Assembly (NCBI GenBank): GCA_050260175.1
Contig: JBLNBS010000156.1
Location: 6,098-70,097 of the forward strand
DNA: 64,000 nucleotides
Source of the DNA: Patescibacteria group bacterium
Lineage (GTDB): Bacteria; Bacillota; UBA4882; JAAYXC01
Direction of reading: 5' to 3'
Shown: piece after piece, positions 26,174-35,144 of the stretch
Position numbering within the stretch: the stretch's first letter is position 1
How the letters are laid out: each line of letters begins with the position of its first letter
The notes under the pieces: generated by a model
Seen by the model: the letters and a program-made list of their open reading frames with translations, nothing else
Database searches by the model: none
Told to the model about the DNA's origin: nothing
Program-made: the position numbers and the translations under genes

Positions 26174-26888
26174 CGTCGTTTTCCTCCCGGGGGGGATCGG
26201 GGGGCTCTCCGGCCGCACCGGCGTCGTCATCGACGTCCTGCGCGCCACGACCACTGTCATCAATGCCCTTGCCAACGGCTGCCCCGGGGTCCTGCCCGTG
26301 GATCAGCCCGAGGAGGCCATCGAGCTCGCCCGGCGCCTGGGGCGCGACAGCCACCTCATCGGCGGCGAGCGCAAGGGGGAAAAGGTCGAGGGCTTTGACC
26401 TCGGCAACTCCCCCCTGGAGTACGGCCGTGTAGCCCTGGCGGGCCGCAAGGTCATCCTTTGCACGACCAACGGCACCCGCGCCGTCAAGCGCGCCGCGGC
26501 CGCCGGAGCCCGGCCCCTTCTTTTGGCCGCCCTGACCAACGCCCCCGCCGTGGCCGCCCACCTGCTGGGGGCGGGTGCGCCCGCCACGCTCGTCTGCGCC
26601 GGGCGCGAGGAGGCGTTCTCCCTGGAGGACGCCCTCTGCGCCGGCCTGATCTGTGACGCGATCCTGCGCGACAGGCATTGGACCGGCACCGACGCGGCGC
26701 GCGCCGCGGCGGCCCTCTGGGCCAGGTTCGGCCGGGCAAGAACCCCCGCGGCCCTGGCCGGCTCCGATCACGGCCGTTATCTCCTCTCGCTCGGCTATGC
26801 CGGAGATCTCGATTTTGCCGCGCGCGTGGGGAGCACCGCTCTCATACCGGCGCTGCGGGACGGGTACCTCGTCCCGCTTGGGGGGTGA
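26163..26888 (+). CDS. comB: 2-phosphosulfolactate phosphatase family protein (ComB)
   Basis: VIDVLRATTTVINAL, GGERKGEKVEGFDLGNSPLEY. Confidence 0.85.
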   Translation: MHLDVVFLPGGIGGLSGRTGVVIDVLRATTTVINALANGCPGVLPVDQPEEAIELARRLGRDSHLIGGERKGEKVEGFDLGNSPLEYGRVALAGRKVILCTTNGTRAVKRAAAAGARPLLLAALTNAPAVAAHLLGAGAPATLVCAGREEAFSLEDALCAGLICDAILRDRHWTGTDAARAAAALWARFGRARTPAALAGSDHGRYLLSLGYAGDLDFAARVGSTALIPALRDGYLVPLGG

Positions 26889-27259
26889 TGTGCGTGCCGG
26901 GCGATTGCGTCCGCCTCTTGAACATGGTTTTCTACACCTACCACGGCGCTTATGCCGCGGAAAAGGAACTGGGGCAGCGCCTGGAGGTGGATGTGGAGCT
27001 GACGCGCGATCTTTCACAGCCCGGGACGAGCGACGACCTGGAGACGGCCGTCAATTACGCGGAGGTATACGCCCTGGTCCGCGAGATCGTGGAGGAACGC
27101 GAGTTCGCCCTCCTCGAGGCCATCGCCGAGACCGTGGCCGCCGAACTACTCGCGGCCCACGAGCTCGAGGAAGTCGCCGTCCGCGTGCGCAAGCCCAACC
27201 CACCGGTGGGCGGACCGGTGGATTGCGCGGAGGTGGAGATCAGGCGGCGGCCCAGGTGA
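26888..27259 (+). CDS. folB: Dihydroneopterin aldolase FolB
   Basis: VFYTYHGAYAAEKELGQRLEVDVEL...VNYAEVYALV...LLEAIAETVA...VRVRKPNPPV. ATG overlaps the comB stop. Confidence 0.85.
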   Translation: MCVPGDCVRLLNMVFYTYHGAYAAEKELGQRLEVDVELTRDLSQPGTSDDLETAVNYAEVYALVREIVEEREFALLEAIAETVAAELLAAHELEEVAVRVRKPNPPVGGPVDCAEVEIRRRPR

Positions 27260-27260
27260 C

Positions 27261-27440
27261 TTGCGGCGCGCGTGCGCCGGTGGTATAATCTGCATGTCGG
27301 CGCCAAAGGACGGTATCCAAAAACGGGAACCGTACCGTATTGGGTGTTGTGTTCAGTGACAGGATTCCGCTTGGATCCCTTGGACCGAGACGGAGCAGAG
27401 GGTAGGCCGCGCCTTCCGCACGTGTCGGAGGGCTTTTTTG
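27261..27440 (+). promoter_or_regulatory. Candidate promoter plus a roughly 145-nt terminated leader or small RNA upstream of the pan operon
   Basis: TTGCGG, 17 nt, then extended -10 TGGTATAAT (27281-27289). Hairpin GCCTTCCG-CACGTGT-CGGAGGGC (27411-27433) followed by TTTTTTGTTT. Confidence 0.45.
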
Positions 27441-27539
27441 TTTATCCCGGCGGTACCCTCACCCCCAACCCCTCTCCCGCGTGCGGGAGATGGGTGCATG
27501 GCGGGGTGAGGCCGCAAGCCGGGCCAAAGGAGGCACGGG

Positions 27540-28412
27540 ATGAAGATCGGCATCATCGGCGCGGGACGGGCCGGATCCGCCATGGCTCTGGCCCTGGCCG
27601 GGGCCGGGCACCAGGTGGCGGGTGTGGCCGACATAGCCCCGGAGCGGGCCGCCGCCCTGGCGCGGGAGGTTTCGGCAGAGGTCCTGGACCCCGCCGGCGT
27701 GGCCGGCGCGGCCGAGGTGATCGTTCTCGCCGTGCCCGACGGCGCCGTCGGTGAGGCCGCTCTCCGGCTGGCGCAAGAGGTGGAAGGCCTCGCGGGCCGA
27801 ACTTTCCTCCACCTCTCGGGCGCCCTCCCGGCGGAGGCGCTCCGCCCCCTGGCGCGCGCCGGCGCCATCGGTTCCTGCCATCCACTGCTCGCCGTGGCCG
27901 AACCGCGCGGCGCCGCCCTGATGCTCTCCGGCTGCCATTTCGCGGTCGAGGGTGAACCAGCCGCGGTCGCCGTGGCGGAGGAACTGGTGCGCAGCCTCGG
28001 CGGCAAGGCGATCCGCCTGCGGCCGGAGGATAAAGCGCTCTATCACGCCGCCGCCGTGATGGCCTCCAATTATCTCGTCACTCTCCTGGACGCGGCCCTC
28101 TCTCTTTACGAAAGCCTCGGCCTGGAGCGGGCCGGGGCGCTGGAGGCCATCCGTCCGCTCATCGAGGGCACCCTAACCAATGTGTACGCGCTGGGCCCCG
28201 AGGCGGCGCTCACCGGACCCATCAGCCGCGGGGACGCGGGCACGATCGCCGCCCACCTGGCGGACCTGGCGCGCCGCGGGCGGCCCGCGAACGGCCTCTA
28301 CCGGGCCATGGGCCGCGCCACGGCCGCCCTGGCCCTGCGCGCGGGTAGGATCGACGCCCGGCAGGCGCGGACCCTGGAGGAGATGCTGGCGGACTCGGGG
28401 GTTGGGTTCTGA
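27540..28412 (+). CDS. Rossmann-fold NAD(P)-binding protein with DUF2520-type C-terminus (candidate ketopantoate reductase substitute)
   Basis: MKIGIIGAGRAGSAMALAL dinucleotide-binding motif. C-terminal ...GPISRGD... block. First gene of the panBCD operon. Confidence 0.7.
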   Translation: MKIGIIGAGRAGSAMALALAGAGHQVAGVADIAPERAAALAREVSAEVLDPAGVAGAAEVIVLAVPDGAVGEAALRLAQEVEGLAGRTFLHLSGALPAEALRPLARAGAIGSCHPLLAVAEPRGAALMLSGCHFAVEGEPAAVAVAEELVRSLGGKAIRLRPEDKALYHAAAVMASNYLVTLLDAALSLYESLGLERAGALEAIRPLIEGTLTNVYALGPEAALTGPISRGDAGTIAAHLADLARRGRPANGLYRAMGRATAALALRAGRIDARQARTLEEMLADSGVGF

Positions 28413-28505
28413 TCCGGCATCCCGGTCGTTTAAACTTGCCTTATTGCCAAAGATCGGATATCTCGAAGATTCAAGGCAACGCCGCACGCGGGAGGATGAT
28501 TGTCG

Positions 28506-29372
28506 ATGAGCGAGACAGGGCGCGTCACGGTGGAAACCTTTCGCCGCAAGAAGGCGGCGGGGGAAAAGATCGTCATGCTCACGGCCTATGACTACACCGC
28601 GGCCCAACTGGTGGACGGAGCCGGGGTGGACTGCATCCTGGTCGGTGATTCCCTGGGCATGGTCATGCTGGGGCATGAGACCACCCTGCCCGTGACCATG
28701 GAAGACATGCTCCTCCACGTCAAGGCCGTGGCGCGGGGCGCGCGCCGCGCCCTGGTCGTGGCCGACATGCCGTTCCTCTCCTACCAGGTCAACGCGGACG
28801 AGGCCTTGCGCAACGCCGGGCGCTTCCTGCAGGAGGCGGGCGCGGCCGCGGTCAAGCTCGAGGGCGGCCGTGAGATCGCCCCCCTGGCGGCGCGCCTCGT
28901 CTCGGCGGGCATTCCGGTCATGGGCCACCTGGGCCTGACGCCGCAGTCCATCAACCAGTTAGGGGGCTACGGACTCCAGGCCAAGGAGGCGGGACGGGCC
29001 GCGGCGCTGCTCGAGGACGCTGAATCACTGGCGGGCGCGGGCGTTTTCGCCGTGGTGCTGGAAAAGATACCCCGCGAGGTGGCGGCGGAGGCCACCCGGC
29101 GGCTCGCGGTGCCGACCATCGGCATCGGCTCGGGGTCCGACTGCGACGGGCAGGTGCTGGTCTACCACGACATGCTGGGGTTATACACGGATTTCCGGCC
29201 GAAGTTCGTCAAGCAATACGCCGCCGTGGGCGAGATAATCCGGAGCGCGGTCGGGCAATACGCGGTGGAGGTCAGAAACGGCGCCTTCCCCGCCGCGGAG
29301 CACGCCTGGTCCATGGACCCCGGCGAGCTTGCCGCCTTTCGCGGCGCGCTGGATTCCGGCCGGAACGCATGA
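28506..29372 (+). CDS. panB: 3-methyl-2-oxobutanoate hydroxymethyltransferase PanB
   Basis: MLTAYDY, ILVGDSLGMVMLGH, VKLEGG. GGAGG lies 10 nt upstream of ATG 28506. Confidence 0.95.
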   Translation: MSETGRVTVETFRRKKAAGEKIVMLTAYDYTAAQLVDGAGVDCILVGDSLGMVMLGHETTLPVTMEDMLLHVKAVARGARRALVVADMPFLSYQVNADEALRNAGRFLQEAGAAAVKLEGGREIAPLAARLVSAGIPVMGHLGLTPQSINQLGGYGLQAKEAGRAAALLEDAESLAGAGVFAVVLEKIPREVAAEATRRLAVPTIGIGSGSDCDGQVLVYHDMLGLYTDFRPKFVKQYAAVGEIIRSAVGQYAVEVRNGAFPAAEHAWSMDPGELAAFRGALDSGRNA

Positions 29373-29395
29373 TCCGTCGTTACCTGCACTAATTT

Positions 29396-29443
29396 CAGGG
29401 CCATTCATGGTCCTTCGTGAGATTAGCGGCGTCCTTTAGGGCA
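29396..29443 (+). repeat. Partial, diverged REP unit (3' half of module L + T)
   Basis: CAGGGCCATTCATGGTCCTTCGTGAGATTAGCGGCGTCCTTTAGGGC. Followed by a TAATC-phased AT-rich stretch (29461-29527). Confidence 0.8.
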
Positions 29444-29573
29444 CCGTTGGCAGAAAAGCAGTTATTACAACATCTATGCCTGGTTTATTGGAATCTGTGT
29501 TAATCCGTGTAATCTGTGGTTAAAAACCGGCTCTCGGTTTCGTTTCCTGTCTCTTGAAAAGGGGCGACTAAGC

Positions 29574-30440
29574 ATGAAGGTCTGCCGGACCATCGCCGAG
29601 CTGAGGGAAGCCCTGGCCCCGTCCCGTTCCGCCGGGCGGAGCATCGGCTTCGTGCCCACCATGGGCTACCTCCACGCGGGCCACCTCGCCCTCGCGGCTC
29701 GGGCCCGTACGGAGAACGACGTGGTGGTGGTGAGCATCTTCGTCAATCCGACGCAGTTCGGTCCCGCGGAGGATCTGGCGCGCTACCCCCGCGACCTGCC
29801 GCGCGATCTAAAGCTCTGCGAGGAAGCGGGGGTGGATCTCGTCTTTGCCCCGGAGCCCGGGGAGATGTACCCCGCCGGCTTTCAGACCCACGTGGAGGTG
29901 GAAAACCTCAGCAGGGGGCTCTGCGGCGCCAGGCGCCCCGGGCACTTTCGCGGCGTGGCCACGGTCGTGGTCAAGCTCTTCAACATCGTCCAGCCTACGC
30001 GGGCCTATTTCGGCGAAAAGGACGCCCAGCAACTCAGGGTCATCAGGCGCCTGGTCCGCGACCTGGACCTGCCGCTCGCGATCGTGCCCGTGCCCACCGT
30101 GCGCGAGCCGGACGGCCTGGCCATGAGCTCGCGCAATGTCTACCTGAGCGCCGAGGAGAGACGGGCGGCCCTGGTCCTCTACCGCGCCCTGCGCCTGGCG
30201 GAGGATCTTTTCGCCAGAGGCGAACGCGACGCCGCCGCCATCGCGGCCGGGATGGAGGCCCTGATCGCCGCCGAACCCCTGGCCAGGATGGACTATCTGG
30301 AGGTTGTGGACGACGAGACCCTTGAGCCCGTGCAAAAGCTGGAGCGGCCCGCGCTGGTCGCACTGGCTGTGTATATCGGCAAAACGAGGCTGATCGACAA
30401 CACGGTATTGAGGGAAAAGGGGAAAGGGGAAAGGCAATAG
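29574..30440 (+). CDS. panC: Pantoate-beta-alanine ligase PanC
   Basis: VPTMGYLHAGHLAL (HxGH). VSIFVNPTQF. The C-terminal tail REKGKGERQ is encoded by the start of the purine-rich repeat array. Confidence 0.95.
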   Translation: MKVCRTIAELREALAPSRSAGRSIGFVPTMGYLHAGHLALAARARTENDVVVVSIFVNPTQFGPAEDLARYPRDLPRDLKLCEEAGVDLVFAPEPGEMYPAGFQTHVEVENLSRGLCGARRPGHFRGVATVVVKLFNIVQPTRAYFGEKDAQQLRVIRRLVRDLDLPLAIVPVPTVREPDGLAMSSRNVYLSAEERRAALVLYRALRLAEDLFARGERDAAAIAAGMEALIAAEPLARMDYLEVVDDETLEPVQKLERPALVALAVYIGKTRLIDNTVLREKGKGERQ

Positions 30441-30750
30441 GCAATAGGGGAAAGGCGCGTATAGGGAAAAGGCAAAAGGCAAAAGGGGAAAGGGGAAAGG
30501 CAACTATAGAAGGCAATAGGGGAAAGGCATTAGGCAATAGGGAAACTACGAAGGCAATCGGCAATAAGGGAAAGTAAACAACGCTAACACCGCACGCCTT
30601 GCGGCTCACGCCTAATGGCTCGGCATATTGCCTATTGCCTCGTGCCTATTGCCTACCGGGGGTCAATTGCCTCAAGCCTATTGCCTGCTACGGCTATTGC
30701 CTCATGCCTATCGCCTACTATTGCCTATTGCCCATTGCCTATTGCCAAAG
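30405..30750. repeat. Mirrored short-repeat array: purine-rich GGCAATAGG/GGAAAGG arm and complementary CCTATTGCC arm
   Basis: Left arm about 30405-30572 holds at least 4 perfect GGCAATAG plus variants. Right arm about 30620-30750 holds at least 7 perfect CTATTGCC plus variants. A central unique segment of about 50 nt separates them. Confidence 0.9.
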
Positions 30751-30760
30751 GAGGGATCGC

Positions 30761-31111
30761 ATGCTAAGACACATGTGCAAGTCGAAGATACACCGGGCCG
30801 TGGTGACCGAGGCCAACCTGAGCTATGTCGGGAGCATTACCGTGGATGCGGATCTCCTCGCGCTGGCCGACATCCTCCCCTACGAGCAGGTGCAGGTGGT
30901 CAACGTCAATAACGGCAGCCGTTTCGAGACCTACGTCATCCCCGGGGCCGCGGGCTCGGGCACGATCTGCGTAAACGGCGCCGCCGCGCGGCTGGCCATG
31001 CCGGGCGATCTCGTCATCATCATGGCTTATGCCCTGTACGGCCCCGAGGAACTGGCCGGCTTTCAGCCCCGCGTCGTGCACGTGGACGCGGCCAACAAGC
31101 CCCTGGCCTGA
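30761..31111 (+). CDS. panD: Aspartate 1-decarboxylase PanD
   Basis: [29 protein letters not shown], with the Gly-Ser self-processing site. RBS AAAGGAGGG precedes the ATG. Confidence 0.95.
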   Translation: MLRHMCKSKIHRAVVTEANLSYVGSITVDADLLALADILPYEQVQVVNVNNGSRFETYVIPGAAGSGTICVNGAAARLAMPGDLVIIMAYALYGPEELAGFQPRVVHVDAANKPLA

Positions 31112-31115
31112 GGCC

Positions 31116-31592
31116 ATGCGCATCCGCATCCTCGCCGTGGGCAGGCTCCGGGAGGACTACCTCCGCGCCGCCGCGGCCGATTACGCCGGGCGGTTGCGCC
31201 CCTACGCGCAGCTTGAAGTGGTGGAGGTGCCCGGCCTCCCCGACCCCGCGCGTCCCACCGCAGCCGCGGTGGCCAAGGTCCGCGGCGAGGAGGCCGCCCT
31301 TCTCCTTCGCCGCATGAAACCCGACGAGACGCTTGTGGCCCTGGATCCCGGGGGGAGGACGCTGACGTCGGAGGAGTTCGCGGCCTTCCTCCAGCCCCAC
31401 GAGGCGGCCGGCAAAACGCTCGTCTTCGCCGTGGGAGGGTCCTGGGGTTTGGGCCGGGAGCTCCTGGAACGAGCGGCGGCGAGGATCTCGCTCTCCGCCA
31501 TGACCTTCCCGCACGGCCTGGCGCGGGTCATCCTCATGGAACAGCTCTTCAGGGCGTTCAGGATCATGCGCGGCGAGGTGTACCACAAGTAG
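31116..31592 (+). CDS. rlmH: 23S rRNA (pseudouridine1915-N3)-methyltransferase RlmH
   Basis: MRIRILAVGRLRE...Y..R. C-terminal SPOUT knot FAVGGSWGL...SLSAMTFPHGLARVILMEQLFRAFRI. Confidence 0.9.
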   Translation: MRIRILAVGRLREDYLRAAAADYAGRLRPYAQLEVVEVPGLPDPARPTAAAVAKVRGEEAALLLRRMKPDETLVALDPGGRTLTSEEFAAFLQPHEAAGKTLVFAVGGSWGLGRELLERAAARISLSAMTFPHGLARVILMEQLFRAFRIMRGEVYHK

Positions 31593-31649
31593 GCCGGGGC
31601 ATAACACCCTCCCTCCCTAGGCATATTAAGCCTCCGGAGGGATCGCGGT

Positions 31650-33011
31650 ATGCGCATACGCGAACGACTGCTCTGGCCTTTTTTGGGCCTGGCCATCCTG
31701 CTCGTGGGGGCCTGGGGATTCAGCCAGTACTCCGCGCGGCGGCTGTGGGAGAACCGGGTGGAAACCCAGTACCAGCGGGCTTTTAACGACCTGACCCAGA
31801 ACCTGGGCGGGCTCGAGACGCAGCTCGCCAAGGCCTCGGTCAGCGGCACGCCGCGGTTTCTACGCTCCACCCTGGCCGAGATCTGGCGGCTGGCGTACGC
31901 GGCCCAGGAAAAACTGGGGCTGCTGCCGCTCGGCGCCGTGGAGCTGACCAGGATGAAGATGCTCCTGGCCAAGGTGGGCGCTTTTTCCTACCGCGTCACC
32001 GACCGGCCGGCCGAGGAGATCCGCCTCACGGATCAGGAATGGAACACCCTGCAGGGCCTGCGCAGTCAGGCCCGGTACGTCTCGGGCCAGCTCACGTCCA
32101 TGCAGACCAACATCATCCAGAACAACCTGCGTTGGGTGGACGTGGACCGCCTGGGCCGCGGCACGCGTCTGACCGCCGCTGCCCTGGCGCGGCGCGTGGG
32201 CGTCAACAAGGTCACCAAGAGCCTCGTCATGGTCGAGAACGGCCTGCGGCGCATGCCCGAGCCTGGTTTTCCCGAGAGCGAGGTCATTTTCCCATATAAA
32301 CCCAAGGGCCTGACCGGCGCGAAGATCACGCCGGCCGCGGGCCGCCGCATCGCCTCCACCTTCGCCGGCGGGGGCGAGGCGCGCTATCTCGGCCGGACCA
32401 GGGGTGACTTCCCGACCTTTATCTACTCCGTCGCCAAGGGCGGCAAGGCGGGCGCCGCCGCTCCCACCAGGATCAGCGTGACCGAAAAGGGCGGCCACGT
32501 GGCCTGGATGCTCTCCGAGCGCATACTGGGTCCGCGCAGGATCAACCTTGCCAGGGCCACCGCGGCCGCGCGGGATTTTGCGGAAAAGAAGGGCCTGCGC
32601 GACATGGCCGTCGTCTCGCGGGAGGAGTTCGGCGCCGTCGATGTCATCACCATGGTTCCCTGCGTGGACGGCGTCTGGTACTACCCCGAGATGGTCAAGA
32701 TCTCGGTCGCCATGGACGACGGCCGTGTGGTGGGGTATGAGGGCGTCCCGTACCTGACCTTTCACGATCCCGCCCGGCGCCCCCAGCCCGCGCGGCTCAC
32801 CGAGGAGGACGCGCGGCGCCGCGTCAACCCTCGCCTCGTGGTGAGGGGCGTGCGCCGGGCGGTCACGCTCGGCCAAAAGAACAAGGAGGTCATGGCCTAC
32901 GAGGTGGACGGCACCATGAAGGGGGAGCGTTTCCTCGTTTACATCGACGCCGCTGACGGCAGCGAGGTCAAGATCCGCCGGGTCGACGCGAACGGGGTGG
33001 AGATCGACTGA
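31650..33011 (+). CDS. ypeB: Germination protein YpeB
   Basis: N-terminal TM. YpeB-type N-domain (ENRVETQYQRAFNDLTQNLGGLETQLAKA...). C-terminal PepSY-like repeats. Confidence 0.85.
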   Translation: MRIRERLLWPFLGLAILLVGAWGFSQYSARRLWENRVETQYQRAFNDLTQNLGGLETQLAKASVSGTPRFLRSTLAEIWRLAYAAQEKLGLLPLGAVELTRMKMLLAKVGAFSYRVTDRPAEEIRLTDQEWNTLQGLRSQARYVSGQLTSMQTNIIQNNLRWVDVDRLGRGTRLTAAALARRVGVNKVTKSLVMVENGLRRMPEPGFPESEVIFPYKPKGLTGAKITPAAGRRIASTFAGGGEARYLGRTRGDFPTFIYSVAKGGKAGAAAPTRISVTEKGGHVAWMLSERILGPRRINLARATAAARDFAEKKGLRDMAVVSREEFGAVDVITMVPCVDGVWYYPEMVKISVAMDDGRVVGYEGVPYLTFHDPARRPQPARLTEEDARRRVNPRLVVRGVRRAVTLGQKNKEVMAYEVDGTMKGERFLVYIDAADGSEVKIRRVDANGVEID

Positions 33012-33014
33012 ACA

Positions 33015-33039
33015 CCGGGCGGCAGCCGCCCGGGCTTTT
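33015..33039 (+). terminator. Hairpin terminator after ypeB
   Basis: CCGGGCGG-CAG-CCGCCCGG followed by GCTTTTA. Confidence 0.5.
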
Positions 33040-33217
33040 ACCAGGGCCCGTTCCCGGGTTCCCTCGGGGGAAAACCGAAACGGGCCTTTTCGCCTGCATC
33101 GGGCGCAAACACGGTGCGCGGGGGATGGGTTTGGCTGTAAACCGTTCCCAGCGCAAGGGATCCCTCCGGGCGATGTCGAACCCCCTTTCGGATTGACGCA
33201 TCCGCCGGAGTGATCGC

Positions 33218-34918
33218 ATGCCTCTCACGCTGCGGGAAGCGCTGACCGTCGCCGAGCCCCTGCGCCGTTCGCGCGTGGTCGCCGGATCGCGCGGGCTCGA
33301 CAACGTGGTGCGGTTCATCAACGTCATGGAAGTACCGGACATCCTGGACTGGGTCCACCCCGGCGAGCTCCTGGTGACGACGATGTACCCCCTCCGAGAC
33401 GACGCGGCCGCCGTGGAGGATTTGATTCCAAAGCTCGCCGGCAAAGGCCTGGCCGGCCTGGCCATCACCCCGGGCTACATCGGCCGGATCACGTCCGGCA
33501 TGATCGAAGCCGCGGACAGGCTGGATTTCCCCCTAATCGAGCTCCCCAGGAACGTCTCCTTCAGCGAGATCATCCTACCGCTCACCGGCAAGATCCTCGA
33601 CCTGCAGGCCCAGGAGCTCATCCAGTCCGAGAACATCCACCGTGAATTCATCGACCTCGTGCTCGGCGGCGGGGGCTACCCCGAGATCGCTCAGGGCCTG
33701 GCCCATCTCTTGCAGCGGCCCGTCTCCATCGTCGACCGGTTCCGCCGCATCCTGGCCAACGGCCTCCTGCTCGGGGAGGCGCTGCCGCTGGCGCGGCAGG
33801 CGAGGGACGAGGCGACCGGCGATACGTATCTCACCGAGGATTTCCGGCCGGATTCCCAAAAAGAAATCCCGGGGAGCGCGGCAAGGCTCGAGGCGGTAGC
33901 CGCCGGGTCGGCCGAGGGGGACCTGCACCTGGTCTACCCCATCAAAGTCGGCGCGCAGACATTGGGCCGCATCATCGTCTGGGGGCCGCTCGCCCACCCG
34001 CCACAACCCGCCGACCTCGTCGCCATCGAGCACGGCGCCACGGTGACGGCTCTGAAGATGATGGAGGAACGCTCTGTCCGCGAGATGGAGCAGCGGTTCC
34101 GCAACGAGATCCTCGAGGGCCTGCTCTCCGACCATCCCGCCTCGCACGACCGGGCCGTCCGCCAGTTGCGTGAGACGGGCCAGAGCCTGGACCCGCCCTT
34201 CGCCCTCGTCATGGTCTCGCCGGATCTGCCCCCGGGGACGCTCCTCATGCGCGCCGAGCGCGCGGAACAGGCCAACGTCAGCTCGAGCTTACATCTGGCG
34301 ACGAGGTACATCCGGTCCGTCTGGCCGGGAGCCGCGTTCTGGCACCAGGGCCCGCGCCTGGTCGTTTTCCTCCCCCTGCAGGCCGGCCGGGCCCCGGCGG
34401 CCAAAGCCTTCCTCACCGACGAACTGCGCAAGGTCTGCCGCCGCATCGAGGCGGAGAACGCCCCCTACACGGTCTCCATGGGGATCAGCGGCCCCGCCGC
34501 GGAACTGGGACGCTTTCGCGAGGCATACGACTGTGCCAGGCAGAGCCTGGAGATGGGCCGGACGCTCAGGGATGAGGCGCGCAGCCTGGTCACGCACTAC
34601 GAGGACCTCGGCATCTTTCGCGTCACGTCGCTCTCCGCGTCCCCATCCAGCATGGAGCGCTTTTGCCGGGAGACGATCGGCCCCCTCCTGGAGTACGACC
34701 GCCAATACGGCGCCGATCTCGTCCGGACGCTCCGCATCTACCTCGAGCAGAACCAGAATGCGGCCCGGGCCGCCAAGGCGCTGCATATCCACTACAATAC
34801 GCTCCGCTATAGGCTGGAGAAGATCAAGGAACTCCTGGGCGACGTCCTGGCTAACCCGCAAGAGAGGCTGGTCCTGGAAGTGGCCCTGCAGATCCGGAAC
34901 CTGACCGCTCCGGCATGA
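33218..34918 (+). CDS. PucR-family transcriptional regulator
   Basis: N-terminal purine catabolism PurC-like domain pattern. C-terminal HTH AARAAKALHIHYNTLRYRLEKIKELLG. Confidence 0.88.
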   Translation: MPLTLREALTVAEPLRRSRVVAGSRGLDNVVRFINVMEVPDILDWVHPGELLVTTMYPLRDDAAAVEDLIPKLAGKGLAGLAITPGYIGRITSGMIEAADRLDFPLIELPRNVSFSEIILPLTGKILDLQAQELIQSENIHREFIDLVLGGGGYPEIAQGLAHLLQRPVSIVDRFRRILANGLLLGEALPLARQARDEATGDTYLTEDFRPDSQKEIPGSAARLEAVAAGSAEGDLHLVYPIKVGAQTLGRIIVWGPLAHPPQPADLVAIEHGATVTALKMMEERSVREMEQRFRNEILEGLLSDHPASHDRAVRQLRETGQSLDPPFALVMVSPDLPPGTLLMRAERAEQANVSSSLHLATRYIRSVWPGAAFWHQGPRLVVFLPLQAGRAPAAKAFLTDELRKVCRRIEAENAPYTVSMGISGPAAELGRFREAYDCARQSLEMGRTLRDEARSLVTHYEDLGIFRVTSLSASPSSMERFCRETIGPLLEYDRQYGADLVRTLRIYLEQNQNAARAAKALHIHYNTLRYRLEKIKELLGDVLANPQERLVLEVALQIRNLTAPA

Positions 34919-35144
34919 CGGCGTCCCGGCGAAAGCCGCGCGCCGCCGTGACGCTTGCGCGGCCTGGCTCACGGGATCCCTTGTAGAGTTGTCACAAAAA
35001 CATCCTGCCGGATCGTCAGGTTTTTACATTTTCCCTTCTTCGCGGACCTGCTAGGATGGGATCGGGAAGAGGCCGCCGGCCGGCGGGACCATGGTTTTGA
35101 AACACGGACTCGATCCGGCAGGGAAAGGAATTGAGGCCGGAAAG

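Noticed and set aside
27294-27359. 21-codon micro-ORF (MSAPKDGIQKREPYRIGCCVQ) in the pan leader.
   Set aside because: Its ATG lies only 5 nt after the -10 box, so it would have to be translated leaderless. It has no RBS and I cannot assess conservation. I kept it only as a note under the leader finding.
30405-30750. Possible CRISPR array, because of the many short direct repeats.
   Set aside because: The repeat unit is only 8-9 nt. There are no unique spacers of regular length. The two halves are reverse complements of each other. No cas genes are nearby.
30599-30760. In-frame N-terminal extension of panD encoding a Cys/Leu/Pro-rich repeat (CLLPIAYC...), and the overlapping ORF 30628-30912.
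   Set aside because: This is a translation of the CCTATTGCC repeat arm. A strong RBS (AAAGGAGGG) sits directly before the canonical PanD start [12 protein letters not shown]. PanD homologues start there.
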